From Halorarum halobium (GTDB lineage: Archaea > Halobacteriota > Halobacteria > Halobacteriales > Haloferacaceae): a stretch of 64,000 bases of DNA. The notes beneath the pieces were generated by a model, which was not told the DNA's origin, did no database searches, and saw only the letters and a list, made by a program, of their open reading frames with translations. Shown here in pieces: positions 28,338 through 38,677 of this stretch. Within the stretch, counting starts at the first letter, position 1. Each line of letters begins with the position of its first letter. Position numbers and translations under genes: made by a program. The DNA is taken from NCBI RefSeq assembly GCF_032116555.1, contig NZ_CP134949.1:806001-870000 (forward strand). Direction: 5' to 3'.

Positions 28338-28856
28338 ATGCGCCGGATCTACGACTCGGAGGCGCTCCGGCGGGACGACGACGACCCGTTCGTCCCGAAC
28401 GGCGACGAGGGCGGGTCCGGGGGCCACGTTCACTGGGGGAACGTGAGCCACGCGCTGCTCCCGCGGTCGCTCCGCACGCGCTCGGTGGCGGTGACGGTCG
28501 AGACCGACGGGGCGATCTACGCCCCCGACGAGCCGATCCGGTTCCGGGTCGGCTTCCGCAACCGGCTCCCGTTTCCCGTCACGCTCGTGACCGCCTCGCC
28601 GAAGCACTGGTCGTGGTCCATCGACGGCAACCCCGAGGCCTCCCTCGTCCCGGACGAGGTGCCCGAGGAGCGCGCCCGCTTCCAGTTCGACCGCGCGGAG
28701 ACGAAGCTGTTCCACCGTCGCTGGGACCAGCGCGTGCGCGAGTCCGACCGGGAGTGGCGCGCCGCGGAGCCGGGCGAGCACACCCTCGCGGTCGGCATCG
28801 ACGCCGTCCGCGGCGCCGACCGACTGCGCGCGGAGACGACGTTCCGCATCGAGTGA
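28338..28856 (+). CDS. Hypothetical protein (beta-rich, possibly Ig-like)
   Basis: 172-aa ORF with halophilic codon and amino-acid bias; TTTAT at about 28306 upstream. Confidence 0.7.
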   Translation: MRRIYDSEALRRDDDDPFVPNGDEGGSGGHVHWGNVSHALLPRSLRTRSVAVTVETDGAIYAPDEPIRFRVGFRNRLPFPVTLVTASPKHWSWSIDGNPEASLVPDEVPEERARFQFDRAETKLFHRRWDQRVRESDREWRAAEPGEHTLAVGIDAVRGADRLRAETTFRIE

Positions 28857-28949
28857 GGCGGGCGAGCCGCGACGGATGGCCGCCACGGACGGCCCGTCGT
28901 CGCGCCCGTCGGTCGGCGGGCATAAGCCGCTCCGGGCCGCCCGGTCGGT

Positions 28950-29540
28950 ATGCGACAGTTCGTCGTCTGCGGGCACGAGGCACCGACGACGCCCGAGTTC
29001 ACGCTGGAGGACCTCCCCGGCGCGGCGGGGCGACTCGACCTGCTGGCCCGCTGTGTCAACGCGGGACTGTTCGTCTCCCACGGCATCCGCGAGGATGCGC
29101 GCGTCCACCTCGTGCTCGGCGACGAGTTCACGGTGCGGTTCGACGGCGCGGACGCCCGCGGCATCCACCCGGACGAGCGCAGCACCGCGGCGCGGGTCCG
29201 CGAGGCGCTGGAGAACCGCGAGGACGCCATCGGCCACATGCCGGCCGAGGTCAGCCCCGGCGTGGAGCTCTACCGGATGGGGCTGGCCGAGACGCTCGAC
29301 TCGCTGGAGGGAACGCTCGTCCAGTTGCACGAGGACGGCGACCCCGCGGCCGAGCGCGAGCCCCCGACCGATCCGGTGTTCGTGCTCTCGGATCACTCGG
29401 ATTTCACCGACGACGAGGCGGCGCTGCTGGACGAGCGCGGCGCCGAACGGCTCCGGCTCGGCCCGGCCGCGGTCCACGCGGACCACGCCATCGCGGTGGC
29501 GCACAACTGGCTCGACACGGCCGGATTCGAGCGGTACTGA
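28950..29540 (+). CDS. trmY: tRNA (pseudouridine54-N1)-methyltransferase
   Basis: AGRLDLLARC, SHGIR, PDERS, FVLSDH, LGP..HADH; adjacent to a tRNA gene. Confidence 0.9.
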   Translation: MRQFVVCGHEAPTTPEFTLEDLPGAAGRLDLLARCVNAGLFVSHGIREDARVHLVLGDEFTVRFDGADARGIHPDERSTAARVREALENREDAIGHMPAEVSPGVELYRMGLAETLDSLEGTLVQLHEDGDPAAEREPPTDPVFVLSDHSDFTDDEAALLDERGAERLRLGPAAVHADHAIAVAHNWLDTAGFERY

Positions 29541-29619
29541 GTCCGCGTTCGGGTCGCAGAGTCCCCGAGGGCGACGCTTTCGGAAGCGTTAAAGGAATCC
29601 GTGGCGTCGATTCACCTGC

Positions 29620-29692
29620 GGGCCGGTGGGGTAGCTTGGTATCCTTCGGCCTTCGGGTGGCCGTAACCGCGATTCGAATTCGCGCCGGCCCA
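29620..29692 (+). tRNA. tRNA-Pro (CGG)
   Basis: GGGCCGG/CCGGCCC acceptor stem; anticodon arm CGGCC-TTCGGGT-GGCCG; TTCGAAT T-loop; upstream TTAAAG. Confidence 0.93.
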
Positions 29693-30108
29693 CTTCTCCC
29701 GCATTTCCCGCCCGCTAGCGACCGCTCACGGGATGATCCAGGGAGTCGAGCGTCGTTCGGTGGCCGGTCGTACCGCGAAGCACTCGGGTGGTCTCCCCGT
29801 CGGGTCTGTCCCGAGTGGTTCAGGTGGCGCCGAACACGACGGGGTTCCCGCGTGATCGCGCCGAAGTCGAGCGGTCGTTATGGTCGTCCGGGTCCGCCAT
29901 CAGTAGCCGTACCACCTCGGCGTTCGTCGACTGGGATCGGTGCCGGCGCTCCGAAACTCGCTCCGGGTGTCGCTGAGGCTGACGCAGGCCGGTCGATCGC
30001 GCGTGGGAAGCGGGATACGCACCGAGAGACGGCGACACCGGCGCTACCCGCTGAAACTTTCGATACGATGGACGATCCGTGTGACGGATCGAGCGCCCGT
30101 TTCGTACG

Positions 30109-30450
30109 TCAAAGATTCAGAACCAGCAGCCACCCCTGCCCCAGCGCGAGCATCCCGAGCACGAGATGCGCCAGAATCTCGAAGAGCCGGACGTCCACGT
30201 CCTCCGTGACGTCGAGGACGAACCGCGCGACGCGAAACACGACGTACAGCGCGACCGTGACCGCGGGGATGGCGACCAGCCCGAGGAGTCGCGGGCCGCG
30301 CGTGAGCGAGACCCGACCGTCGAGTCCAAGGTGCCAGCCGACGATCATCCGCTCCGGGAGCGCCGGGGCGACGAGGAGGCCGGCGGTGACCGTCCCCAGG
30401 ACCAGCGCGAGCGACGTCAGTTCCGGCAGGACGCGCCGGATGGAGCTCAC
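30109..30450 (-). CDS. Small membrane protein (DUF1648/SdpI-like)
   Basis: Three TM segments, LPERMIVGW motif; GTG start overlaps the upstream stop. Confidence 0.65.
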   Translation of the reverse strand: MSSIRRVLPELTSLALVLGTVTAGLLVAPALPERMIVGWHLGLDGRVSLTRGPRLLGLVAIPAVTVALYVVFRVARFVLDVTEDVDVRLFEILAHLVLGMLALGQGWLLVLNL

Positions 30451-31319
30451 GATTCGCCCACCCCCGACTGCTCGGTGGCCCGACGCCGTGCCGGGTCCGC
30501 GCCCGTCCAGGTCGGCGTCCGGGCGTCGCGGGCCGAGAGCGTCTCGGCGCCGTAGCGGCCCACGAGCGCGAGCGCCACGAGACCGAAGCCGAGCGCGAGC
30601 AGGCCGGTGAAGGGAACCGGAAGCACCGACTGGCCGCCGACGACCTGCAGCGGGACGTTCACGCTCGCGTTGATCGTGCCGTGCATCAGCACCGCGGCGG
30701 GCACACAGCCCCGCGACCCGTTGTACAGCCAGGTGAGGATGACGGAGAACGCGACCACCGAAACCGCATACAGGAGCGGCGAGAGGGCGTAGACGTCGAG
30801 GACGAACAGCGGGGCGTGCCACAGCGCCCACACCAGCCCGACGAGCACGCTCGCGCTCAGCGCGTCGTACCGGGCCTGGAGTCGCGGGAGCGCGAACCCG
30901 CGCCAGCCGAACTCCTCCTGGCCGCCGCCCAGCAGCGTCGCGAAGACCATGTTGAGCGCGAACGCCGCTGCCGCGGGCCGGAGCGTTCCCTCGCCGACGC
31001 CGCCGGCGAGCGCGATCATCCCGGCACCGAGGGCGACGCTGACGCCGACAGGGACGGCCAGGGCGGCGGCGTACCACCGCGGCGATCGCCGCCAGTCCAG
31101 CGTCGAGGCGAGCCAGTCCCGGACGGCGTTCCCGCGCAGCCGTGTCACGATGGCAGCCGCGGCCAGCGGGCCGAACGCACCCGGGATCGTCGCGAACGTG
31201 GCGACCGGTCCGTGGACGGTCGAGAGGAGCGGTATCCAGACTGCCCAAGAGAGGGCGACTGCGAGGGCGAAAAACGCCGCGACGGGGTGACGCTCGACGG
31301 GGTCGAGTGATGTTCCCAT
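30447..31319 (-). CDS. CPBP (CAAX/Abi) intramembrane glutamic protease
   Basis: EEFGWRG, WALWH, HGTIN. Confidence 0.9.
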   Translation of the reverse strand: MGTSLDPVERHPVAAFFALAVALSWAVWIPLLSTVHGPVATFATIPGAFGPLAAAAIVTRLRGNAVRDWLASTLDWRRSPRWYAAALAVPVGVSVALGAGMIALAGGVGEGTLRPAAAAFALNMVFATLLGGGQEEFGWRGFALPRLQARYDALSASVLVGLVWALWHAPLFVLDVYALSPLLYAVSVVAFSVILTWLYNGSRGCVPAAVLMHGTINASVNVPLQVVGGQSVLPVPFTGLLALGFGLVALALVGRYGAETLSARDARTPTWTGADPARRRATEQSGVGES

Positions 31320-31425
31320 GTACGGTGCCGACTACCGACGGGTGAACCATAGGAGGGGAGCCAGCGCTTCACGCGCTGAAGCATCCGGTACCCCTTTAGG
31401 TGGTTTTCCTGTGTCCTCTCCCACG

Positions 31426-31770
31426 GTGAGTGAGGAGCCCGACATCGAGACCGTCGCGGGCCTGCTGGCGGACGAGACAGCGCGGGCCATCCTCACTCGA
31501 ACGAGCCAGGAACCTATGTCAGCGAGCACGCTCAAACGACGGTGTGACGCGTCGGGGCCGACGATCTACCGGCGGCTCGAACGCCTCCAGGACTGTGACC
31601 TGATCGTCGAACGCACCCGTCCGGACCCCGAGCGGGGCCACCACAGGAAGGTGTACGCGCCGAACCTCCGGACGCTGACCGTCGAACTCGTGGGCGGCGA
31701 ACTGCGCCTCGAACTCGACCGCCGGGAGGACATGGCCGACCGGTTCACCCGCCTGGTCGAGGGGATCTGA
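31426..31770 (+). CDS. Winged-HTH (ArsR-like) transcriptional regulator
   Basis: LLADETARAIL...ASGPTIYRRLERL...GHHRKVY. Confidence 0.82.
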   Translation: MSEEPDIETVAGLLADETARAILTRTSQEPMSASTLKRRCDASGPTIYRRLERLQDCDLIVERTRPDPERGHHRKVYAPNLRTLTVELVGGELRLELDRREDMADRFTRLVEGI

Positions 31771-31771
31771 G

Positions 31772-32074
31772 ATGCTCGTCCCGGCACAGATCGTCAGCGT
31801 GGCACGGCCGTTCCTCCAGGCGTACGAGATGGTCGGCGCGGCGCTCGGCCTGTTCATCGCGTACCTCGCCTACAGGGGCTACCGCCGGAACGACAGCCGT
31901 CCGATGCTGTACCTGGCGATCGGCTTCGGCATCATCCTCGGCCTGCCGATACCGGTCGTCGCGCTGTCGCTCGCGTTCCCGACGATCCCCGGCCCGCCGA
32001 GTCAGGCGCTCATCCAGACGCTGGAGATCGTCGGGCTGCTCTGTATCATCTACGCCCTCCGGATGGACCCGTAG
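31772..32074 (+). CDS. Small 3-TM protein paired with the HTH regulator
   Basis: AYLAYRGYRRNDSRPMLYLAIGF. Confidence 0.75.
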   Translation: MLVPAQIVSVARPFLQAYEMVGAALGLFIAYLAYRGYRRNDSRPMLYLAIGFGIILGLPIPVVALSLAFPTIPGPPSQALIQTLEIVGLLCIIYALRMDP

Positions 32075-32405
32075 CGGTCCGGCGTCGTCGCTCGCCCGTT
32101 CGAGGACGGTTCGACTCGGCCCAGCAGTTCGTCGGCCGTGATGCTCGGCCACGCCCACCGTCTCCGGGCCGAACGATGTCGGTCCACCGGGTCGACACCG
32201 CGTCGCCCCCGCCGCGAGTGTCGCAACCCGATCGTGGGGCACCGGCCGCATCGGTCGCCCCGCTACCGACCGAACACGTTCGTGGAACCGTCCACCTACG
32301 TGCCAACTTGCTCCCGGTAACGAACGAAACAGTCGCGGTAAGCGGTCACAAACGATCGTAACACGGCACTGTGTTGATGCCGGTCGACGCGAAACCCTTC
32401 GGTTC

Positions 32406-33611
32406 ATGAGCGCGGACCATCGTGACGTGGAGTCGGTCCTCGTCCCGACCCAGCACGACCCCTCCCGAAGCTATCCGACGATGCGCTCGCTCGCCAGCAA
32501 GGGTATCAACACCGTCGTCGCCTCCGAGAACGCTCACCCTCCCGTGTTCGCCTCGCGCTTCTGTGACGAGCGGCACCGCGTCCCGGCCGCCGAGGACGAC
32601 CTGGCGGCCTACAGGGACGGGCTCCTCGAACTGGCCGCCCGCGAGGACGTCCGCACGGCCGTGCCGCTCCGCGAGGAGGACGCCTACGTGTTCTCCCGCT
32701 ACTACGACGCCTTCGACGAGCACCTCGACCTCGTCGTCCCGCCCCTCGACGCGCTCGAACGCGTCCACGACCGGATGCTGCTCGCGGAGGCGGCCGAGGC
32801 CGCCGGGGTGCCCGCCCCGGAGACGCGCCCGCTCGACGAGGTGGACGACTGGAGCGGCGGCAACATCGTCAAGTCGCGGTACAACCTGCTCACCGACGCG
32901 TACGTCGACTCCTACCCCGGAGGCGAGGCCGGCAAGGAGAAGGACGTGATCCACCTGCGCCCCGGCGAGACGCCCGACGTGGACGAACTCTGCGACGGGA
33001 TGTCCCACGTCCCCATCGTGCAGGAGTGCGTTCCCAAGGACGACGAGTACATGTTCGCCGGGCTGTACGACCACGGCGAACCGCTGGCGACGTTCCAGCA
33101 CCGCCAGATCCGCGGCGACTCCTACGTCGGCGGCGGCGGCGTCTACCGCAAGTCCGTCTCCATCCCGGAGCTCGAACGCGTCGCCCGCGACCTGCTTTCG
33201 GAACTCGACTGGCACGGGCTCGCCTGCATCGAGTACATGGAGCACGCCGAGACCGGCGAGTTCGTCCTCACCGAGATCAACCCGCGGATGTGGCAGTCGC
33301 TCCCGGCGACGATCCACGCCGGCGCCGACTTCCCCCACTACTACTGGCTCCAGGCGACGGGGCGGGCCGACGAGATCGACCCCGGCTACGATCTCGGCAC
33401 CGGCAGCCACTCGCCCCGCGGCGAACTCGTCTACCTGGCGAGCCTCCTCACGGACGAGTCGCCCTACGTCGACCGGCCGGGGTTCCTACGGACCGTCGGC
33501 GAGATGCTCGCCTCGTTCTACCGGCAGCCCCACTTCGATTACACCCACATCGACGACCCCGTGGTGTTCGTCAGCGGCTTCGGTCGGATGATCCGCAACC
33601 GGCTGAAGTGA
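32406..33611 (+). CDS. ATP-grasp carboxylate-amine ligase (D-aspartate-ligase-like)
   Basis: IVQECVP, ACIEY, LTEINPRMWQS, AGADFP. Confidence 0.8.
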   Translation: MSADHRDVESVLVPTQHDPSRSYPTMRSLASKGINTVVASENAHPPVFASRFCDERHRVPAAEDDLAAYRDGLLELAAREDVRTAVPLREEDAYVFSRYYDAFDEHLDLVVPPLDALERVHDRMLLAEAAEAAGVPAPETRPLDEVDDWSGGNIVKSRYNLLTDAYVDSYPGGEAGKEKDVIHLRPGETPDVDELCDGMSHVPIVQECVPKDDEYMFAGLYDHGEPLATFQHRQIRGDSYVGGGGVYRKSVSIPELERVARDLLSELDWHGLACIEYMEHAETGEFVLTEINPRMWQSLPATIHAGADFPHYYWLQATGRADEIDPGYDLGTGSHSPRGELVYLASLLTDESPYVDRPGFLRTVGEMLASFYRQPHFDYTHIDDPVVFVSGFGRMIRNRLK

Positions 33612-33724
33612 TCGCCCGGTCGACCGCGACCGGCCGAGCGCGGTACCCGGAGCGTCCCGACCGACGAGTCGGCGGAACGGGCCGGTGGGAAGCGATTTAA
33701 GCCGCCCGCCCGCCACCCGCGCAC

Positions 33725-34747
33725 ATGAGCGAACGGGTCGCCATCCTCGCCCACGAGAAGTTCCCCGACCGGTCCAAGACCGCGAACGGCCTCCTCCGCT
33801 ACGGCGACCGCGAGGTCGTCGCCGTGCTCGACCGGGACCGCGCCGGCGACGGCGTCGCCGACCACCTCCCGGGCGTCGGTGACGCGCCCATCGTCGGCTC
33901 CTTCGCCGACGTCCCGGGGGCCGTCGACCGCCTCGTCGTCGGCATCGCGCCCATCGGCGGCGGCTTCGACGAGTCGTGGCGGCCGGACGTCCGCGCCGCC
34001 ATCGAGGCCGGCTGTGACGTGAGCGCCGGCCTCCACTACTTCCTCTCCGAGGACGAGGAGTTCGCCGCGCTCGCGGCCGAGCACGGCGTCGACCTCCACG
34101 ACGTCCGCCGGCCCCACGATGAGCTCACCGTCAGCGGCGCGCGCGCGGCCGACGTCGACGCCGCGGTCGTGCTGACGGTCGGCACCGACTGCTCGGTCGG
34201 GAAGATGACCGCGACGATGGAACTGGCCGCCGCGGCCGAGGACGCCGGAGTCGACGCCCGCGTCGTCCCGACCGGCCAGACGGGGATCATGATCGAGGGG
34301 TGGGGGAACCCGATCGACCGCGTCGTCTCCGACTTCACCGCCGGGGCCGTCGAGGAGATGGTCCTCGAGGTCGGCGACGACCACGATCTGCTGATCGTCG
34401 AGGGCCAGGGGAGCATCGTCCACCCCGCCTACTCGGCCGTGACGTGCGGGATCCTCCACGGGGCGATGCCCGACCGACTCGTCCTCTGTCACGAGGTGGG
34501 CCGCGAGGCGGTCCACGGCTACGAGTCGTTCGACCTGCCGCCCGTCGCCGACTACGTCGACCTGTACGAGTCGCTCGCGGCACCCGTCTCGGGGGCCGAT
34601 GTCGTCGCCGGCGCGCTGAACACGTCCGGCGTCGGGAGCGACGCGGACGCCGAGGCTGCCGTCGACGGGTTCTCCCGGACGCTCGACGCGCCCGCGACCG
34701 ACCCCGTTCGCTTCGACGCCGGGGAGATCGTGGGGGCGATCCGGTGA
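33725..34747 (+). CDS. DUF1611 P-loop protein (DgcN-like)
   Basis: KTANGLLRY, GIAPIGG, TVGTDCSVGKMT, TGQTG, EGQGS, HGAMPD. Confidence 0.85.
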   Translation: MSERVAILAHEKFPDRSKTANGLLRYGDREVVAVLDRDRAGDGVADHLPGVGDAPIVGSFADVPGAVDRLVVGIAPIGGGFDESWRPDVRAAIEAGCDVSAGLHYFLSEDEEFAALAAEHGVDLHDVRRPHDELTVSGARAADVDAAVVLTVGTDCSVGKMTATMELAAAAEDAGVDARVVPTGQTGIMIEGWGNPIDRVVSDFTAGAVEEMVLEVGDDHDLLIVEGQGSIVHPAYSAVTCGILHGAMPDRLVLCHEVGREAVHGYESFDLPPVADYVDLYESLAAPVSGADVVAGALNTSGVGSDADAEAAVDGFSRTLDAPATDPVRFDAGEIVGAIR

Positions 34748-35784
34748 TGCTCACGACCGCGACCGAACGGGTGTCGCTCCCGCTGGAGCACGCGTTCACC
34801 ATCTCGCGTGGCACCACCACCGAGGCCGAGAACGTCGTCGTCCGGATCACCGACGACGGCGACATGACCGGCGTCGGCGCGGCGGCGCCCTCCGCCCACT
34901 ACGGCGAGACGGCCGACACCGTCGAGGCCGTGCTGCCGGACCTGTTCGCGGTCGTCGAGTCGGTCGGCGACCCCCACGCGCTCGCCGAGATCGAGGCCCG
35001 GATGCGCGAGGCGGTCGAGGGGAACCCGGCCGCCCGCTGTGCGGTGAGCATCGCGCTCCACGACCTCGCGGCGAAACGCCTCGGCGTGCCGCTGTACCGA
35101 CTCTGGGGGCTGAACCCCGGGACCGCGCCGGACACGTCGTTCACGGTCGGCCTGGACGACCTCGACACGATGCGGGAGAAGACCGGCGAGGCGGTCGAGG
35201 CTGGCTACGGCACGCTGAAGCTGAAACTCGGGACCGACCGGGACCGCGAGGTCGTCGAGGCGGTCCGCGAGGAGGCGCCCGACGCGACGATCCGCGTCGA
35301 CGCCAACGAGGCGTGGACGCCCCGCGAGACGGTCGAGAAGAGCCGGTGGCTCGCGGAGTCGGGCGTGGAGTTCATCGAACAGCCGGTTCCGGCCTCGGAC
35401 CCGGAGGGGCTGAAGTTCGCCTACGAGCGGTCCGAACTCCCCGTCGCGGCCGACGAGTCCTGCGTCACGCTCGCGGACGTTCCCCGGATCGCGGACCGCT
35501 GTGACGTGGCGAACCTGAAGCTCATGAAGTGTGGCGGGCTGCTGGAGGCGAGACGGATGATCCACGCGGCCCGCGCCCACGGGCTGGAGGTGATGCTCGG
35601 CTGCATGGTCGAGACGAACGCCGCCATCGCCGCCGGCTGTCACCTCGCGCCGTCGCTCGATTACGCCGACCTCGACGGAAGCCTGCTGCTCGCGGATGAC
35701 CCCTACGAGGGCGTTCCGATGCCCGACGGGGAAATCGACCTCGCGGGCGTCTCCAGGAACGGGACGGGCGCGGTCGAGCGTTGA
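34747..35784 (+). CDS. Dipeptide (L-Ala-D/L-Glu) epimerase, enolase superfamily
   Basis: FTISRG, KLKLG, VDANEAW, IEQP, ADES, KLMKCGG, GCMVE, DLDG. Confidence 0.88.
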   Translation: MLTTATERVSLPLEHAFTISRGTTTEAENVVVRITDDGDMTGVGAAAPSAHYGETADTVEAVLPDLFAVVESVGDPHALAEIEARMREAVEGNPAARCAVSIALHDLAAKRLGVPLYRLWGLNPGTAPDTSFTVGLDDLDTMREKTGEAVEAGYGTLKLKLGTDRDREVVEAVREEAPDATIRVDANEAWTPRETVEKSRWLAESGVEFIEQPVPASDPEGLKFAYERSELPVAADESCVTLADVPRIADRCDVANLKLMKCGGLLEARRMIHAARAHGLEVMLGCMVETNAAIAAGCHLAPSLDYADLDGSLLLADDPYEGVPMPDGEIDLAGVSRNGTGAVER

Positions 35785-35796
35785 CCGCGGGCGGAC

Positions 35797-36666
35797 TCAG
35801 AGCAGGTCGGGCAGGTCGGCAAGCGAGTCCAGGCGGTGGTCCGGTTCCGGATCGCTCCCGTCCCGCGAGCCCGTCCCGTTGGGGATCCAGACCGACGTCA
35901 GTCCGAGTTCGTTCGCGCCGCGGACGTCCTTCCGGAGCGAGTCGCCGACCTTCAGCGTCCGCTCGGGTGCCGCGTCGAGCTCGGCGAGCGCCAGTTCGAA
36001 CGGCTCCGGGTGGGGCTTCACGTGGTCGGCGTCGTCGCCGTACACGACCGCGTCGAAGGCGTCGGCGAGCCCCGCGGCCGAGAGCTTCACGGCGTGGGTC
36101 CGCTCCCGTCCGTTCGTGATCGCCCCGAGCGCGTAGTCGGCTCCGAGTTCGTGGACGACCTCCGCGCCCGGCACCGTCGACACTCCGGCGTGGTCGAGCG
36201 CGGCGTCGTACGCACGCGCGAGCGCCGTCGCGTCCACGCCGCCCTCCGCGTCCCCGGCGCCCCCCGCCGTCGCTCCGACTTCCCGGTCCACGTCGCCGTC
36301 GTCGTCGGCCGCCGCGACCCGGAAGACGCGCGCGAGGTAGTCGAACCGGCCCACGGATTCGGTGCCCGAGCGCGCGACGGTTTCGGCGGCGTCCTCGAAC
36401 TCGTCGGCCGAACAGGCGCGCTCGACCCCGACCGACTCGAACGCCCCGTCGAGGACCGTCTCGGTCGACTGCTCGGAGCACAGCAGCGTCCGGTCCACGT
36501 CGAAGAGGAGCGCGTCGTAGCCGGCGTCCTCACCGTCTGCTCCCGTCGGGGAGCCGCGCCGTCGGGACGAGTCAGTCGTGACGCCGGCCGACGCGCGGGC
36601 CTGCCGTAAAGCGGTTCCGGACCGCGAACTACTCCCACTCGACCTCGTCGACGTCGTCCGTGTCAC
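35797..36666 (-). CDS. HAD-family hydrolase (start codon uncertain)
   Basis: LLFDVDRTL, ITNG, KPHPEPF, VGDS..KDV. Confidence 0.82.
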   Translation of the reverse strand: MTRTTSTRSSGSSSRSGTALRQARASAGVTTDSSRRRGSPTGADGEDAGYDALLFDVDRTLLCSEQSTETVLDGAFESVGVERACSADEFEDAAETVARSGTESVGRFDYLARVFRVAAADDDGDVDREVGATAGGAGDAEGGVDATALARAYDAALDHAGVSTVPGAEVVHELGADYALGAITNGRERTHAVKLSAAGLADAFDAVVYGDDADHVKPHPEPFELALAELDAAPERTLKVGDSLRKDVRGANELGLTSVWIPNGTGSRDGSDPEPDHRLDSLADLPDLL

Positions 36667-37660
36667 GGAGGATGAACGGGCCGATCGAGAGCGTGCGCTT
36701 CGTCACCGTGGCGATGCGGAGCACGTAGGCGAGCAGCACCAGGAACGGGACGGTCGCGACGGTCGCCGTCAGCACGATGACGAGCGGGAGGAGGTTCACG
36801 CCGCCGACGATGACCGTGATCGCGGACGGGTCGAAGAAGCCGACCATCGATCCGGAGACGACGAGCGCGGGGATCGCGGCCGTGAGCACCGCGCGCGAGA
36901 GGCCGATGAGCTCCCACTGGAAGTAGAGCGTCTTGAAGTGTTCGCGCGCGGGGCCGAACAGCTCCAGGGTCTCGATCACCCCTTCGAGCGCGTCCCGTGC
37001 GTCCCCGGAGAGGTCGTCCCCGTGGCGCTCCCGGATGCGTCTCGCCGCGAACAGCTTCCAGGAGTAGTTGAAATCGAGCGCCGCCGAGATGACGTCGAAC
37101 TCGCCGAACGTCGCGCCGTCGAGCTCCCCGGCGACCTCCTCGGCGTTGTCGGTGATGCTGTCGGTGAGTTCGTCCACGTCGCTCGCGACCGACTCGTCAA
37201 CCGACCCGTGAACGGCCGCCCGGAACGCCTCGGCCCGCTGACCGGTGACCTGGACGAGCGCGCGGAGGAACTGGGCCGGCCGGGCCGGACTCACCGGGGC
37301 GTCGATGACGCCGGCGACGTCCTCCCGGAACGCCATCGCGCCCGACATCCGTTCGCGCTGGTCGCCGACGGCGCCGAGCTCCTGTGAGAGGACGAGCTGG
37401 TTCAGCGTGAGCACGAGCGTGACGCCGGTGATCGTCGCCGTCGTGAACGCCTGGAACAGCGTTTCGACGGGGTCGCTCGACCGCATGAACGGGACGACGC
37501 CCGGCAGGCCGTAGGCGGCGACGAGAAAGCCCGCGAACACGACCGCCACGAACGCGCCAGAAACCAGCCGGCGGTCGGCATCCAGCAGGAACCAGAGCTT
37601 CCACCGCGATTCGTCGGCGCGTCCGCGGAGGCTGTCGCTTGGCGCGTCGTCGTCGGCCAT
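36629..37660 (-). CDS. Hypothetical membrane protein
   Basis: 343-aa ORF with TM segments at both ends; halophilic bias. Confidence 0.75.
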   Translation of the reverse strand: MADDDAPSDSLRGRADESRWKLWFLLDADRRLVSGAFVAVVFAGFLVAAYGLPGVVPFMRSSDPVETLFQAFTTATITGVTLVLTLNQLVLSQELGAVGDQRERMSGAMAFREDVAGVIDAPVSPARPAQFLRALVQVTGQRAEAFRAAVHGSVDESVASDVDELTDSITDNAEEVAGELDGATFGEFDVISAALDFNYSWKLFAARRIRERHGDDLSGDARDALEGVIETLELFGPAREHFKTLYFQWELIGLSRAVLTAAIPALVVSGSMVGFFDPSAITVIVGGVNLLPLVIVLTATVATVPFLVLLAYVLRIATVTKRTLSIGPFILRDTDDVDEVEWE

Positions 37661-37721
37661 GGCTCACCAATCGGGAGCCGCCGGCAAAAGCCCGTGGGCG
37701 GCCGATTCTCGCCGGCGGGGC

Positions 37722-38588
37722 TCAGTTGTCGTTCTCCTCCTCGCTTCTAAGCTCCTCGAGCTCCGCCTCGACCTCCTCGTCGGACGGCTCGACGTCGGCC
37801 GCCTCGGCCGCGTCGGCGTCGGGTTCGGTCGCCGACCCGCTCTCCGCGGCCGCGTCGGCGGTCTCCGTGGCCCCTTCGCCGTCCGCGTCGGCCTTGCCGA
37901 ACTCGGCTTTCAGCGTCTCCAGCTCCGCGTCGACCTCGCGGTCGGTCCGCCCGCCCTCGAGTTCGCGGTCGATGGCGTCCTCGTCCGAGAGCGCGTCCTC
38001 GAACGCGCCGCTCGCCTCGAGTTCGTCCATCGCCTGCGAGCGTGCCTCCATCTCCTCGGTGCGCTCCTCGGCGCGCTCGATGGAGCGGCCGACGTCCTCC
38101 ATCTCGTCGCCGACGCCGGTCATCGCCTCGGAGACGCGGGTCGAGGCCTCGGCGGCCTCGTAGCGCGCCTTCATCGTCTCCTTTTTCGTCTTGAACTCGT
38201 CGATGCGGTTCTGGAGCTCGTCCTTCTTGTCGACGAGCTGGTCCTGCGTGTTCTGCAGGTCGGCGATCTGGCCCTCCAGGTCGTCGATCTGGTTCATCTT
38301 CGACTTCTTCTTCTCCAGCGCGCGGCGGGCCAGGTCCTCGCGGTCCTGCTGGACGGCCTCGCGGGCCTGTTCGTTGTGTTTCTCGACGTTCTCCTCCAGC
38401 CGACGCTTCTGGATCTCCAGTCGCTTCTTCTGGGTCGTCAGGTCCGCGATGCCCTGTTTGACCTCCTGGAGCTCGTCGCGCATCTGCTCGTAGCTGTAAT
38501 CGAGCGTCTCCGTCGGGTCCTCCGCCCGGTTGAGGATGGCGTTCACCTTCGACCGGACGACGTAGGACGCACGAGAGAGGATTCCCAT
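37722..38588 (-). CDS. pspA: PspA/IM30 family protein
   Basis: MGILSR...AEDP, long coiled coil, EDLARRAL, ELETLK. Confidence 0.88.
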   Translation of the reverse strand: MGILSRASYVVRSKVNAILNRAEDPTETLDYSYEQMRDELQEVKQGIADLTTQKKRLEIQKRRLEENVEKHNEQAREAVQQDREDLARRALEKKKSKMNQIDDLEGQIADLQNTQDQLVDKKDELQNRIDEFKTKKETMKARYEAAEASTRVSEAMTGVGDEMEDVGRSIERAEERTEEMEARSQAMDELEASGAFEDALSDEDAIDRELEGGRTDREVDAELETLKAEFGKADADGEGATETADAAAESGSATEPDADAAEAADVEPSDEEVEAELEELRSEEENDN

Positions 38589-38677
38589 ACTCCGTTTTGG
38601 CGAGTGCCCCGTATAAATCTCACCCGAACTACTGATTGCCCGCCAGCGTTTTCGCCCGTCGACCCGCAGTCGAGATC

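Noticed and set aside
29620..30100. Integrated element at tRNA-Pro or tRNA-Leu
   Set aside because: No duplicated tRNA 3' end, adjacent integrase or composition shift seen; the window's integrase maps to tfs.
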